64,000 nt of DNA. Source: Eledone cirrhosa. Lineage: Eukaryota. The stretch covers positions 417,570,001 to 417,634,000 of the forward strand of contig OZ024740.1 in assembly GCA_964016885.1 (NCBI GenBank), in the 5' to 3' direction. Shown here piece by piece: positions 25,701 through 40,300 of this stretch. How positions within the stretch are numbered: position 1 is the stretch's first letter; each line of letters opens with the position of its first letter. A model generated the notes under the pieces. It was given only the letters and a program-made list of their open reading frames with translations. It did no database searches and was not told where the DNA came from. The position numbers were made by a program, and so were the translations under genes.

Positions 25701-28700
25701 TCTGAATTGAGAGACCACAGCTCTGATATTACAGACATGTGGCTAGAATGTCTCAGGAAAGAGTCTCTGAATTGAGAGATCACAGCTCTGATGTTACAGA
25801 CATGTGGTTACAATGTCTCAGGAAAGAATCTCTGAATTGAGAGACCACAGCTCTGATATTACAGACATGTGGCTAGAATGTCTCAGGAAAGAGTATTTGA
25901 ATTGAGAGATCACAGCTCTGATATTACAGACATGTGGATAGAATGTCTCAGGAAAGAACCTCTGAATTGAGAGACCACAGATCTGATATTACAGACATGT
26001 GGCTAGAATGTCTCAGGAAAGAGTCTCTGGATTGAGAGATCACAGCTCTGATATTACAGACACGTGGTTAGAATGCCTCAGGAAAGAATCTCCGAATTGA
26101 GAGACCACAGCTCTGATACTACAGACATGTGGTTAGAATGTCTCAGGAAAGAATCTCTGAATTGAGAGACCACAGCTCTGATACTACAGACATGGGGTTA
26201 GAATGTCTCAGGAAAGAGTCTCTGAATTGAGAGATCACAGCTCTGATATTACAGACATGTGGTTAGAATGTCTCAGGAAATAGTCTCTGAATTGAGAGAC
26301 CACAGCTCTGATATTACAGACATGTGGTTAGAATGTCTCAGGAAAGAGTCTCTGAATTGAGAGATCACAGCTCTGATATTACAGACATGTGGTTAGAATG
26401 TCTCAGGAAAGAGTCTCTGAATTGAGAGACCACAGCTCTGATACTACAGACATGTGGTTAGAATGTCTCAGGAAAGAATCTCTGAATTGAGAGACCACAG
26501 CTCTGATACTACAGACATGGGGTTAGAATGTCTAAGGAAAGAGTCTCTGAATTGAGAGATCACAGCTCTGATATTACAGACATGTGGTTAGAATGTCTCA
26601 GGAAATAGTCTCTGAATTGAGAGACCACAGCTCTGATAGTACAGACATGTGGTTAGAATGTCTCAGGAAAGAATCTCTGAATTGAGAGATCACAGCTCTG
26701 ATATTACAGACATGTGGTTAGAATGTCTCAGGAAAGAATCTCTGAATCGTGAGATCACAGCTCTGATACTAAAGACATGTGGTTAGAATGTCTCTGGAAA
26801 GAGTCTCTGAATTGAGAGATCACAGCTCTGATATTACAGAAATGTGGTTAGAATGTCTCAGGAAAGAGTCTCTGAATTGAGAGATCACAGCTCTGATATT
26901 ACTAGACATGTGGTTAGAATGTCTTAGGAAAAAGTCTCTCAATTGAGAGACCACAGCTCTGATATTACAGACATGTGGCTAGAATGTCTCAGGAATGAGT
27001 CTCTGAATTGAGAGACCACAGATCTGATACTACAGACATGTGGTTAGAATGTCTCAGGAAAGAGTCTCTGAATTGAGAGACAACGGCTCTGATATAACAG
27101 ACATGTGGTTAGAATGTCTCAGGAAAGAACCTCTGAATTGAGAGACCTCAGCTCTGATATTACAGACATGTGGTTAGAATGTCTCAGGAAAGAATCTCCG
27201 AATTGAGAGACCACAGCTCTGATACTACAGACATGGGGTTAGAATGTCTCAAGAAAGAGTCTCTCAATTGAGAGACCACAGCTCTGATATTACAGACATG
27301 TGGCTAGAATGTCTCAGGAAAGAGTATTTGAATTGAGAGATCACAGCTCTGATATTACAGACATGTGGGTAGAATGTCTCAGGAAAGAACCTCTGAATTG
27401 AGAGACCACAGATCATATATTACAGACATGTGGCTAGAATGTCTCAGGAAAGAGTCTCTGGATTGAGAGATCACAGCTCTGATATTACAGACACGTGATT
27501 AGAATGCCTCAGGAAAGAATCTCCGAATTGAGAGACCACAGCTCTGATACTACAGACATGTGGTTAGAATGTCTCAGGAAAGAATCTCTGAATTGAGAGA
27601 CCACAGCTCTGATACTACAGACATGGGGTTAGAATGTCTCAGGAAATAGTCTCTGAATTGAGAGACCACAGCTCTGATATTACAGACATGTGGTTAGAAT
27701 GTCTCAGGAAAGAGTCTCTGAATTGAGAGATCACAGCTCTGATATTACAGACATGTGGTTAGAATGTCTCAGGAAAGAGTCTCTGAATTGAGAGACCACA
27801 GCTCTGATACTACAGACATGTGGTTAGAATGTCTCAGGAAAGAATCTCTGAATTGAGAGACCACAGCTCTGATACTACAGACATGGGGTTAGAATGTCTA
27901 AGGAAAGAGTCTCTGAATTGAGAGATCACAGCTCTGATATTACAGACATGTGGTTAGAATGTCTCAGGAAATAGTCTCTGAATTGAGAGACCACAGCTCT
28001 GATATTACAGACATGTGGTTAGAATGTCTCAGGAAAGAATCTCTGAATTGAGAGATCACAGCTCTGATATTACAGACATGTGGTTAGAATGTCTCAGGAA
28101 AGAATCTCTGAATCGTGAGATCACAGCTCTGATATTAAAGACATGTGGTTAGAATGTCTCTGGAAAGAGTCTCTGAATTGAGAGATCACAGCTCTGATAT
28201 TACAGAAATGTGGTTAGAATGTCTCAGGAAAGAGTCTCTGATTGAGAGATCACAGCTCTGATATTACTAGACATGTGGTTAGAATTTCTTAGGAAAAAGT
28301 CTCTCAATTGAGAGACCACAGCTCTGATATTACAGACATGTGGCTAGAATGTCTCAGGAATGAGTCTCTGAATTGAGAGACCACAGATCTGATACTACAG
28401 ACATGTGGTTAGAATGTCTCAGGAAAGAGTCTCTGAATTGAGAGACAACGGCTCTGATATAACAGACATGTGGTTAGAATGTCTCAGGAAAGAACCTCTG
28501 AATTGAGAGACCTCAGCTCTGATATTACAGACATGTGGTTAAAATGTCTCAGGAAAGAATCTCCGAATTGAGAGACCACAGCTCTGATACTACAGACATG
28601 GGGTTAGAATGTCTCAAGAAAGAGTCTCTCAATTGAGAGACCACAGCTCTGATATTACAGACATGGGGATAGAATGTCTCAGGAAAGAGTCTCTGAATTG

Positions 28701-31700
28701 AGAGACCACAGCTCTGATATTACAGACATGTGGTTAGAATGTCTCAGGAAAGAGTCTCTGAATTGAGAGACCACAGCTCTGATATTACAAACATGGGGTT
28801 AGAATGTCTCAGGAAAGAGTCTCTGAATTGATAGACCACAGCTCTGATATTACAGACATGTGGTTAGAATGTCTCAGGAAAGAATCTCTGAATTGAGAGA
28901 TAACAGCTCTGATATTACAGACATGTGGTTAGAATGTCTCAGGAAAGAATCTCTGAATTGAGAGATCACAGCTCTGATATTACAGACACGTGGTTAGAAT
29001 GTCTCAGGAAAGAACCTCTGAATTGAGAGATAACAGCTCTGATATTACAGACATGTGGGTAGAATGTCTCAGGAAAGAATCTCTGAATTGAGAGACCACA
29101 GCTCTGATATTACTAGACATGTGGTTAGAATGTCTCAATAAAGAATCTATCTCTGAATTGAGAGACCACAGCTCTGATACTACAGACATGTGGTTAGAAT
29201 GTCTCAAGAAAGAGTCTCTGAATTGAGAGACCACAGCTCTGATATTACAGACATGTGGCTAGAATGTCTCAGGAAAGAGTCTCTGAATTGAGAGATCACA
29301 GCTCTGATGTTACAGACATGTGGTTACAATGTCTCAGGAAAGAATCTCTGAATTGAGAGACCACAGCTCTGATATTACAGACATGTGGCTAGAATGTCTC
29401 AGGAAAGAGTATTTGAATTGAGAGATCACAGCTCTGATATTACAGACATGTGGATAGAATGTCTCAGGAAAGAACCTCTGAATTGAGAGACCACAGATCT
29501 GATATTACAGACATGTGGCTAGAATGTCTCAGGAAAGAGTCTCTGGATTGAGAGATCACAGCTCTGATATTACAGACACGTGGTTAGAATGCCTCAGGAA
29601 AGAATCTCCGAATTGAGAGACCACAGCTCTGATACTACAGACATGTGGTTAGAATGTCTCAGGAAAGAATCTCTGAATTGAGAGACCACAGCTCTGATAC
29701 TACAGACATGGGGTTAGAATGTCTCAGGAAAGAGTCTCTGAATTGAGAGATCACAGCTCTGATAATACAGACATGTGGTTAGAATGTCTCAGGAAATAGT
29801 CTCTGAATTGAGAGACCACAGCTCTGATATTACAGACATGTCGTTAGAATGTCTCAGGAAAGAGTCTCTGAATTGAGAGATCACAGCTCTGATATTACAG
29901 ACATGTGGTTAGAATGTCTCAGGAAAGAGTCTCTGAATTGAGAGACCACAGCTCTGATACTACAGACATGTGGTTAGAAGGTCTCAGGAAAGAATCTCTG
30001 AATTGAGAGACCACAGCTCTGATACTACAGACATGGGGTTAGAATGTCTAAGGAAAGAGTCTCTGAATTGAGAGATCACAGCTCTGATATTACAGACATG
30101 TGGTTAGAATGTCTCAGGAAATAGTCTCTGAATTGAGAGACCACAGCTCTGATAGTACAGACATGTGGTTAGAATGTCTCAGGAAAGAATCTCTGAATTG
30201 AGAGATCACAGCTCTGATATTACAGACATGTGGTTAGAATGTCTCAGGAAAGAATCTCTGAATCGTGAGATCACAGCTCTGATACTAAAGACATGTGGTT
30301 AGAATGTCTCTGGAAAGAGTCTCTGAATTGAGAGATCACAGCTCTGATATTACAGAAATGTGGTTAGAATGTCTCAGGAAAGAGTCTCTGAATTGAGAGA
30401 TCACAGCTCTGATATTACTAGACATGTGGTTAGAATGTCTTAGGAAAAAGTCTCTCAATTGAGAGAACACAGCTCTGATATTACAGACATGTGGCTAGAA
30501 TGTCTCAGGAATGAGTCTCTGAATTGAGAGACCACAGATCTGATACTACAGACATGTGGTTAGAATGTCTCAGGAAAGAGTCTCTGAATTGAGAGACAAC
30601 GGCTCTGATATAACAGACATGTGGTTAGAATGTCTCAGGAAAGAACCTCTGAATTGAGAGACCTCAGCTCTGATATTACAGACATGTGGTTAGAATGTCT
30701 CAGGAAAGAATCTCCGAATTGAGAGACCACAGCTCTGATACTACAGACATGGGGTTAGAATGTCTCAAGAAAGAGTCTCTCAATTGAGAGACCACAGCTC
30801 TGATATTACAGACATGTGGCTAGAATGTCTCAGGAAAGAGTATTTGAATTGAGAGATCACAGCTCTGATATTACAGACATGTGGGTAGAATGTCTCAGGA
30901 AAGAACCTCTGAATTGAGAGACCACAGATCATATATTACAGACATGTGGCTAGAATGTCTCAGGAAAGAGTCTCTGGATTGAGAGATCACAGCTCTGATA
31001 TTACAGACACGTGATTAGAATGCCTCAGGAAAGAATCTCCGAATTGAGAGACCACAGCTCTGATACTACAGACATGTGGTTAGAATGTCTCAGGAAAGAA
31101 TCTCTGAATTGAGAGACCACAGCTCTGATACTACAGACATGGGGTTAGAATGTCTCAGGAAATAGTCTCTGAATTGAGAGACCACAGCTCTGATATTACA
31201 GACATGTGGTTAGAATGTCTCAGGAAAGAGTCTCTGAATTGAGAGATCACAGCTCTGATATTACAGACATGTGGTTAGAATGTCTCAGGAAAGAGTCTCT
31301 GAATTGAGAGACCACAGCTCTGATACTACAGACATGTGGTTAGAATGTCTCAGGAAAGAATCTCTGAATTGAGAGACCACAGCTCTGATACTACAGACAT
31401 GGGGTTAGAATGTCTAAGGAAAGAGTCTCTGAATTGAGAGATCACAGCTCTGATATTACAGACATGTGGTTAGAATGTCTCAGGAAATAGTCTCTGAATT
31501 GAGAGACCACAGCTCTGATATTACAGACATGTGGTTAGAATGTCTCAGGAAAGAATCTCTGAATTGAGAGATCACAGCTCTGATATTACAGACATGTGGT
31601 TAGAATGTCTCAGGAAAGAATCTCTGAATCGTGAGATCACAGCTCTGATATTAAAGACATGTGGTTAGAATGTCTCTGGAAAGAGTCTCTGAATTGAGAG

Positions 31701-34330
31701 ATCACAGCTCTGATATTACAGAAATGTGGTTAGAATGTCTCAGGAAAGAGTCTCTGATTAAGAGATCACAGCTCTGATATTACTAGACATGTGGTTAGAA
31801 TGTCTTAGGAAAAAGTCTCTCAATTGAGAGACCACAGCTCTGATATTACAGACATGTGGCTAGAATGTCTCAGGAATGAGTCTCTGAATTGAGAGACCAC
31901 AGATCTGATACTACAGACATGTGGTTAGAATGTCTCAGGAAAGAGTCTCTGAATTGAGAGACAACGGCTCTGATATAACAGACATGTGGTTAGAATGTCT
32001 CAGGAAAGAACCTCTGAATTGAGAGACCTCAGCTCTGATATTACAGACATGTGGTTAAAATGTCTCAGGAAAGAATCTCCGAATTGAGAGACCACAGCTC
32101 TGATACTACAGACATGGGGTTAGAATGTCTCAAGAAAGAGTCTCTCAATTGAGAGACCACAGCTCTGATATTACAGACATGGGGATAGAATGTCTCAGGA
32201 AAGAGTCTCTGAATTGAGAGACCACAGCTCTGATATTACAGACATGTGGTTAGAATGTCTCAGGAAAGAGTCTCTGAATTGAGAGACCACAGCTCTGATA
32301 TTACAAACATGGGGTTAGAATGTCTCAGGAAAGAGTCTCTGAATTGATAGACCACAGCTCTGATATTACAGACATGTGGTTAGAATGTCTCAGGAAAGAA
32401 TCTCTGAATTGAGAGATAACAGCTCTGATATTACAGACATGTGGTTAGAATGTCTCAGGAAAGAATCTCTGAATTGAGAGATCACAGCTCTGATATTACA
32501 GACACGTGGTTAGAATGTCTCAGGAAAGAACCTCTGAATTGAGAGACGACAGCTCTGATATTACAGACATGTGGGTAGAATGTCTCAGGAAAGAATCTCT
32601 GAATTGAGAGACCACAGCTCTGATATTACTAGACATGTGGTTAGAATGTCTCAATAAAGAATCTATCTCTGAATTGAGAGACCACAGCTCTGATACTACA
32701 GACATGTGGTTAGAATGTCTCAAGAAAGAGTCTCTGAATTGAGAGACCACAGCTCTGATATTACAGACATGTGGCTAGAATGTCTCAGGAAAGAGTCTCT
32801 GAATTGAGAGATCACAGCTCTGATGTTACAGACATGTGGTTACAATGTCTCAGGAAAGAATCTCTGAATTGAGAGACCACAGCTCTGATATTACAGACAT
32901 GTGGCTAGAATGTCTCAGGAAAGAGTATTTGAATTGAGAGATCACAGCTCTGATATTACAGACATGTGGATAGAATGTCTCAGGAAAGAACCTCTGAATT
33001 GAGAGACCACAGATCTGATATTACAGACATGTGGCTAGAATGTCTCAGGAAAGAGTCTCTGGATTGAGAGATCACAGCTCTGATATTACAGACACGTGGT
33101 TAGAATGCCTCAGGAAAGAATCTCCGAATTGAGAGACCACAGCTCTAATACTACAGACATGTGGTTAGAATGTCTCAGGAAAGAATCTCTGAATTGAGAG
33201 ACCACAGCTCTGATACTACAGACATGGGGTTAGAATGTCTCAGGAAAGAGTCTCTGAATTGAGAGATCACAGCTCTGATATTACAGACATGTGGTTAGAA
33301 TGTCTCAGGAAATAGTCTCTGAATTGAGAGACCACAGCTCTGATATTACAGACATGTGGTTAGAATGTCTCAGGAAAGAGTCTCTGAATTGAGAGATCAC
33401 AGCTCTGATATTACAGACATGTGGTTAGAATATCTCAGGAAAGAGTCTCTGAATTGAGAGACCACAGCTCTGATACTACAGACATGTGGTTAGAATGTCT
33501 CAGGAAAGAATCTCTGAATTGAGAGACCACAGCTCTGATACTACAGACATGGGGTTAGAATGTCTAAGGAAAGAGTCTCTGAATTGAGAGATCACAGCTC
33601 TGATATTACAGACATGTGGTTAGAATGTCTCAGGAAATAGTCTCTGAATTGAGAGACCACAGCTCTGATAGTACAGACATGTGGTTAGAATGTCTCAGGA
33701 AAGAATCTCTGAATTGAGAGATCACAGCTCTGATATTACAGACATGTGGTTAGAATGTCTCAGGAAAGAATCTCTGAATCGTGAGATCACAGCTCTGATA
33801 CTAAAGACATGTGGTTAGAATGTCTCTGGAAAGAGTCTCTGAATTGAGAGATCACAGCTCTGATATTACAGAAATGTGGTTAGAATGTCTCAGGAAAGAG
33901 TCTCTGAATTGAGAGATCACAGCTCTGATATTACTAGACATGTGGTTAGAATGTCTTAGGAAAAAGTCTCTCAATTGAGAGACCACAGCTCTGATATTAC
34001 AGACATGTGGCTAGAATGTCTCAGGAATGAGTCTCTGAATTGAGAGACCACAGATCTGATACTACAGACATGTGGTTAGAATGTCTCAGGAAAGAGTCTC
34101 TGAATTGAGAGACAACGGCTCTGATATAACAGACATGTGGTTAGAATGTCTCAGGAAAGAACCTCTGAATTGAGAGACCTCAGCTCTGATATTACAGACA
34201 TGTGGTTAGAATGTCTCAGGAAAGAATCTCCGAATTGAGAGACCACAGCTCTGATACTACAGACATGGGGTTAGAATGTCTCAAGAAAGAGTCTCTCAAT
34301 TGAGAGACCACAGCTCTGATATTACAGACA
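23780..34330 (+). repeat. HOR domain A2: three near-identical 54-mer copies (period 3516 bp)
   Basis: Three independent markers share the 3516-bp period (54 x 65 + 6): the indel cassette at 25488/29004/32520, GATCATATA at 23895/27411/30927, and GATAGTAC (variant G) at 26639/30155/33671. Confidence 0.92.
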
Positions 34331-37300
34331 TGGGGATAGAATGTCTCAGGAAAGAGTCTCTGAATTGAGAGACCACAGCTCTGATATTACAGACATGTGG
34401 TTAGAATGTCTCAGGAAAGAGTCTCTGAATTGAGAGACCACAGCTCTGATATTACAAACATGGGGTTAGAATGTCTCAGGAAAGAGTCTCTGAATTGATA
34501 GACCACAGCTCTGATATTACAGACATGTGGTTAGAATGTCTCAGGAAAGAATCTCTGAATTGAGAGATCACAGCTCTGATATTACAGACATGTGGTTAGA
34601 ATGTCCCAGGAAAGAATCTCTGAATTGAGAGATCACAGCTTTGATATTACAGACATGTGGTTAGAATGTCTCAGGAAAGAGTCTCTGAATTGAGAGATCA
34701 CAGCTCTGATATTACAGACATGTGGTTAGAATGTCTCAGGAGATAGTCTCTGAATTGAGAGACCACAGCTCTGATATTACAGACATGTGGTTAGAATGTC
34801 TCAGGAAAGAATCTCTGAATTGAGAGATCACAGCTCTGATATTACAGACATGTGGTTAGAATGTCTCAGGAAAGAATCTCTGAATCGTGAGATCACAGCT
34901 CTGATACTAAAGACATGTGGTTAGAATGTCTCTGGAAAGAGTCTCTGAATTGAGAGATCACAGCTCTGATATTACAGAAATGTGGTTAGAATGTCTCAGG
35001 AAAGAGTCTCTGAATTGAGAGATCACAGCTCTGATATTACTAGACATGTGGTTAGAATGTCTTAGGAAAAAGTCTCTCAATTGAGAGACCACAGCTCTGA
35101 TATTACAGACATGTGGCTAGAATGTCTCAGGAATGAGTCTCTGAATTGAGAGACCACAGATCTGATACTACAGACATGTGGTTAGAATGTCTCAGGAAAG
35201 AGTCTCTGAATTGAGAGACAACGGCTCTGATATAACAGACATGTGGTTAGAATGTCTCAGGAAAGAACCTCTGAATTGAGAGACCTCAGCTCTGATATTA
35301 CAGACATGTGGTTAGAATGTCTCAGGAAAGAATCTCCGAATTGAGAGACCACAGCTCTGATACTACAGACATGGGGTTAGAATGTCTCAAGAAAGAGTCT
35401 CTCAATTGAGAGACTACAGCTCTGATATTACAGACATGGGGATAGAATGTCTCAGGAAAGAGTCTCTGAATTGAGAGACCACAGCTCTGATATTACAGAC
35501 ATGTGGTTAGAATGTCTCAGGAAAGAGTCTCTGAATTGATAGACCACAGCTCTGATATTACAGACATGTGGTTAGAATGTCTCAGGAAAGAATCTCTGAA
35601 TTGAGAGATCACAGCTCTGATATTACAGACATGTGGTTAGAATGTCCCAGGAAAGAATCTCTGAATTGAGAGATCACAGCTTTGATATTACAGACATGTG
35701 GTTAGAATGTCTCAGGAAAGAGTCTCTGAATTGAGAGATCACAGCTCTGATATTACAGACACGTGGTTAGAATGTCTCAGGAAAGAACCTCTGAATTGAG
35801 AGACGACAGCTCTGATATTACAGACATGTGGCTGGAATGTCTCAGGAAAGAATCTCTGAATTGAGAGACCACAGCTCTGATATTACTAGACATGTGGTTA
35901 GAATGTCTCAGTAAAGAATCTATCTCTGAATTGAGAGACCACAGCTCTGATACTACAGACATGTGGTTAGAATGTCTCAAGAAAGAGTCTCTCAATTGAG
36001 AGACCACAGATCTGATATTACAGACATGTGGCTAGAATGTCTCAGGAAAGAGTCTCTGAATTGAGAGACCACAGCTCTGATATTACAGACATGTGGTTAG
36101 AATGTCTCAGGAAAGAGTCTCTGAATTGAGAGACCACAGCTCTGATATTACAGACATGGGGATAGAATGTCTCAGGAAAGAGTCTCTGAATTGAGAGACC
36201 ACAGCTCTGATATTACAGACATGTGGTTAGAATGTCTCAGGAAAGAGTCTCTGAATTGAGAGACCACAGCTCTGATATTACAAACATGGGGTTAGAATGT
36301 CTCAGGAAAGAGTCTCTGAATTGATAGACCACAGCTCTGATATTACAGACATGTGGTTAGAATGTCTCAGGAAAGAATCTCTGAATTGAGAGATCACAGC
36401 TCTGATATTACAGACATGTGGTTAGAATGTCCCAGGAAAGAATCTCTGAATTGAGAGATCACAGCTTTGATATTACAGACATGTGGTTAGAATGTCTCAG
36501 GAAAGAGTCTCTGAATTGAGAGATCACAGCTCTGATATTACAGACATGTGGTTAGAATGTCTCAGGAAATAGTCTCTGAATTGAGAGACCACAGCTCTGA
36601 TATTACAGACATGTGGTTAGAATGTCTCAGGAAAGAATCTCTGAATTGAGAGATCACAGCTCTGATATTACAGACATGTGGTTAGAATGTCTCAGGAAAG
36701 AATCTCTGAATCGTGAGATCACAGCTCTGATACTAAAGACATGTGGTTAGAATGTCTCTGGAAAGAGTCTCTGAATTGAGAGATCACAGCTCTGATATTA
36801 CAGAAATGTGGTTAGAATGTCTCAGGAAAGAGTCTCTGAATTGAGAGATCACAGCTCTGATATTACTAGACATGTGGTTAGAATGTCTTAGGAAAAAGTC
36901 TCTCAATTGAGAGACCACAGCTCTGATATTACAGACATGTGGCTAGAATGTCTCAGGAATGAGTCTCTGAATTGAGAGACCACAGATCTGATACTACAGA
37001 CATGTGGTTAGAATGTCTCAGGAAAGAGTCTCTGAATTGAGAGACAACGGCTCTGATATAACAGACATGTGGTTAGAATGTCTCAGGAAAGAACCTCTGA
37101 ATTGAGAGACCTCAGCTCTGATATTACAGACATGTGGTTAGAATGTCTCAGGAAAGAATCTCCGAATTGAGAGACCACAGCTCTGATACTACAGACATGG
37201 GGTTAGAATGTCTCAAGAAAGAGTCTCTCAATTGAGAGACTACAGCTCTGATATTACAGACATGGGGATAGAATGTCTCAGGAAAGAGTCTCTGAATTGA

Positions 37301-40300
37301 GAGACCACAGCTCTGATATTACAGACATGTGGTTAGAATGTCTCAGGAAAGAGTCTCTGAATTGAGAGACCACAGCTCTGATATTACAAACATGGGGTTA
37401 GAATGTCTCAGGAAAGAGTCTCTGAATTGATAGACCACAGCTCTGATATTACAGACATGTGGTTAGAATGTCTCAGGAAAGAATCTCTGAATTGAGAGAT
37501 CACAGCTCTGATATTACAGACATGTGGTTAGAATGTCCCAGGAAAGAATCTCTGAATTGAGAGATCACAGCTTTGATATTACAGACATGTGGTTAGAATG
37601 TCTCAGGAAAGAGTCTCTGAATTGAGGGACCACAGCTCTGATACTACAGACTTGTGGTTAGAATGTCTCTGGAAAGAATCTCTGAATTAAGAGATCACAG
37701 CTCTGATATTACAGGCATGTGGCTAGAATGTCTCAGGAAAGAGTCTCTGAATTGATAGACCACAGCTCTGATACTACAGATATGTGGTTAGAACGTCTCA
37801 GGAAAGAGTCTCTGAATTGAGAGACCACAGCTCTGATACTACAGGCATGTGGTTAGAATGTCTCAGGAAAGAATCTCTGAATTGAGAGATCACAGCTCTG
37901 ATATTACAGACACGTGGTTAGAATGTCTCAGGAAAGAACCTCTGAATTGAGAGACGACAGCTCTGATATTACAGACATGTGGCTGGAATGTCTCAGGAAA
38001 GAATCTCTGAATTGAGAGACCACAGCTCTGATATTACTAGACATGTGGTTAGAATGTCTCAGTAAAGAATCTATCTCTGAATTGAGAGACCACAGCTCTG
38101 ATACTACAGACATGTGGTTAGAATGTCTCAAGAAAGAGTCTCTCAATTGAGAGACCACAGATCTGATATTACAGACATGTGGCTAGAATGTCTCAGGAAA
38201 GAGTCTCTGAATTGATAGACCACAGCTCTGATATTACAGACATGTGGTTAGAATGTCTCAGGAAAGAATCTCTGAATTGAGAGATAACAGCTCTGATATT
38301 ACAGACATGTGGTTAGAATGTCTCAGGAAAGAATCTCTGAATTGAGAGATCACAGCTCTGATATTACAGACACGTGGTTAGAATGTCTCAGGAAAGAACC
38401 TCTGAATTGAGAGATCACAGCTCTGATATTACAGACACGTGGTTAGAATGTCTCAGGAAAGAACCTCTGAATTGAGAGACGACAGCTCTGATATTACAGA
38501 CATGTGGGTAGAATGTCTCAGGAAAGAATCTCTGAATTGAGAGACCACAGCTCTGATATTACTAGACATGTGGTTAGAATGTCTCAATAAAGAATCTATC
38601 TCTGAATTGAGAGACCACAGCTCTGATACTACAGACATGTGGTTAGAATGTCTCAAGAAAGAGTCTCTGAATTGAGAGACCACAGCTCTGATATTACAGA
38701 CATGTGGCTAGAATGTCTCAGGAAAGAGTCTCTGAATTGAGAGATCACAGCTCTGATGTTACAGACATGTGGTTACAATGTCTCAGGAAAGAATCTCTGA
38801 ATTGAGAGACCACAGCTCTGATATTACAGACATGTGGCTAGAATGTCTCAGGAAAGAGTCTCTGGATTGAGAGATCACAGCTCTGATATTACAGACACGT
38901 GGTTAGAATGCCTCAGGAAAGAATCTCCGAATTGAGAGACCACAGCTCTGATACTACAGACATGTGGTTAGAATGTCTCAGGAAAGAATCTCTGAATTGA
39001 GAGACCACAGCTCTGATACTACAGACATGGGGTTAGAATGTCTCAGGAAAGAGTCTCTGAATTGAGAGATCACAGCTCTGATATTACAGACATGTGGTTA
39101 GAATGTCTCAGGAAATAGTCTCTGAATTGAGAGACCACAGCTCTGATATTACAGACATGTGGTTAGAATGTCTCAGGAAAGAGTCTCTGAATTGAGAGAT
39201 CACAGCTCTGATATTACAGACATGTGGTTAGAATGTCTCAGGAAAGAGTCTCTGAATTGAGAGACCACAGCTCTGATACTACAGACATGTGGTTAGAATG
39301 TCTCAGGAAAGAATCTCTGAATTGAGAGACCACAGCTCTGATACTACAGACATGGGGTTAGAATGTCTAAGGAAAGAGTCTCTGAATTGAGAGATCACAG
39401 CTCTGATATTACAGACATGTGGTTAGAATGTCTCAGGAAATAGTCTCTGAATTGAGAGACCACAGCTCTGATAGTACAGACATGTGGTTAGAATGTCTCA
39501 GGAAAGAATCTCTGAATTGAGAGATCACAGCTCTGATATTACAGACATGTGGTTAGAATGTCTCAGGAAAGAATCTCTGAATCGTGAGATCACAGCTCTG
39601 ATACTAAAGACATGTGGTTAGAATGTCTCTGGAAAGAGTCTCTGAATTGAGAGATCACAGCTCTGATATTACAGAAATGTGGTTAGAATGTCTCAGGAAA
39701 GAGTCTCTGAATTGAGAGATCACAGCTCTGATATTACTAGACATGTGGTTAGAATGTCTTAGGAAAAAGTCTCTCAATTGAGAGACCACAGCTCTGATAT
39801 TACAGACATGTGGCTAGAATGTCTCAGGAATGAGTCTCTGAATTGAGAGACCACAGATCTGATACTACAGACATGTGGTTAGAATGTCTCAGGAAAGAGT
39901 CTCTGAATTGAGAGACAACGGCTCTGATATAACAGACATGTGGTTAGAATGTCTCAGGAAAGAACCTCTGAATTGAGAGACCTCAGCTCTGATATTACAG
40001 ACATGTGGTTAGAATGTCTCAGGAAAGAATCTCCGAATTGAGAGACCACAGCTCTGATACTACAGACATGGGGTTAGAATGTCTCAAGAAAGAGTCTCTC
40101 AATTGAGAGACCACAGCTCTGATATTACAGACATGGGGATAGAATGTCTCAGGAAAGAGTCTCTGAATTGAGAGACCACAGCTCTGATATTACAGACATG
40201 TGGTTAGAATGTCTCAGGAAAGAGTCTCTGAATTGAGAGACCACAGCTCTGATATTACAAACATGGGGTTAGAATGTCTCAGGAAAGAGTCTCTGAATTG

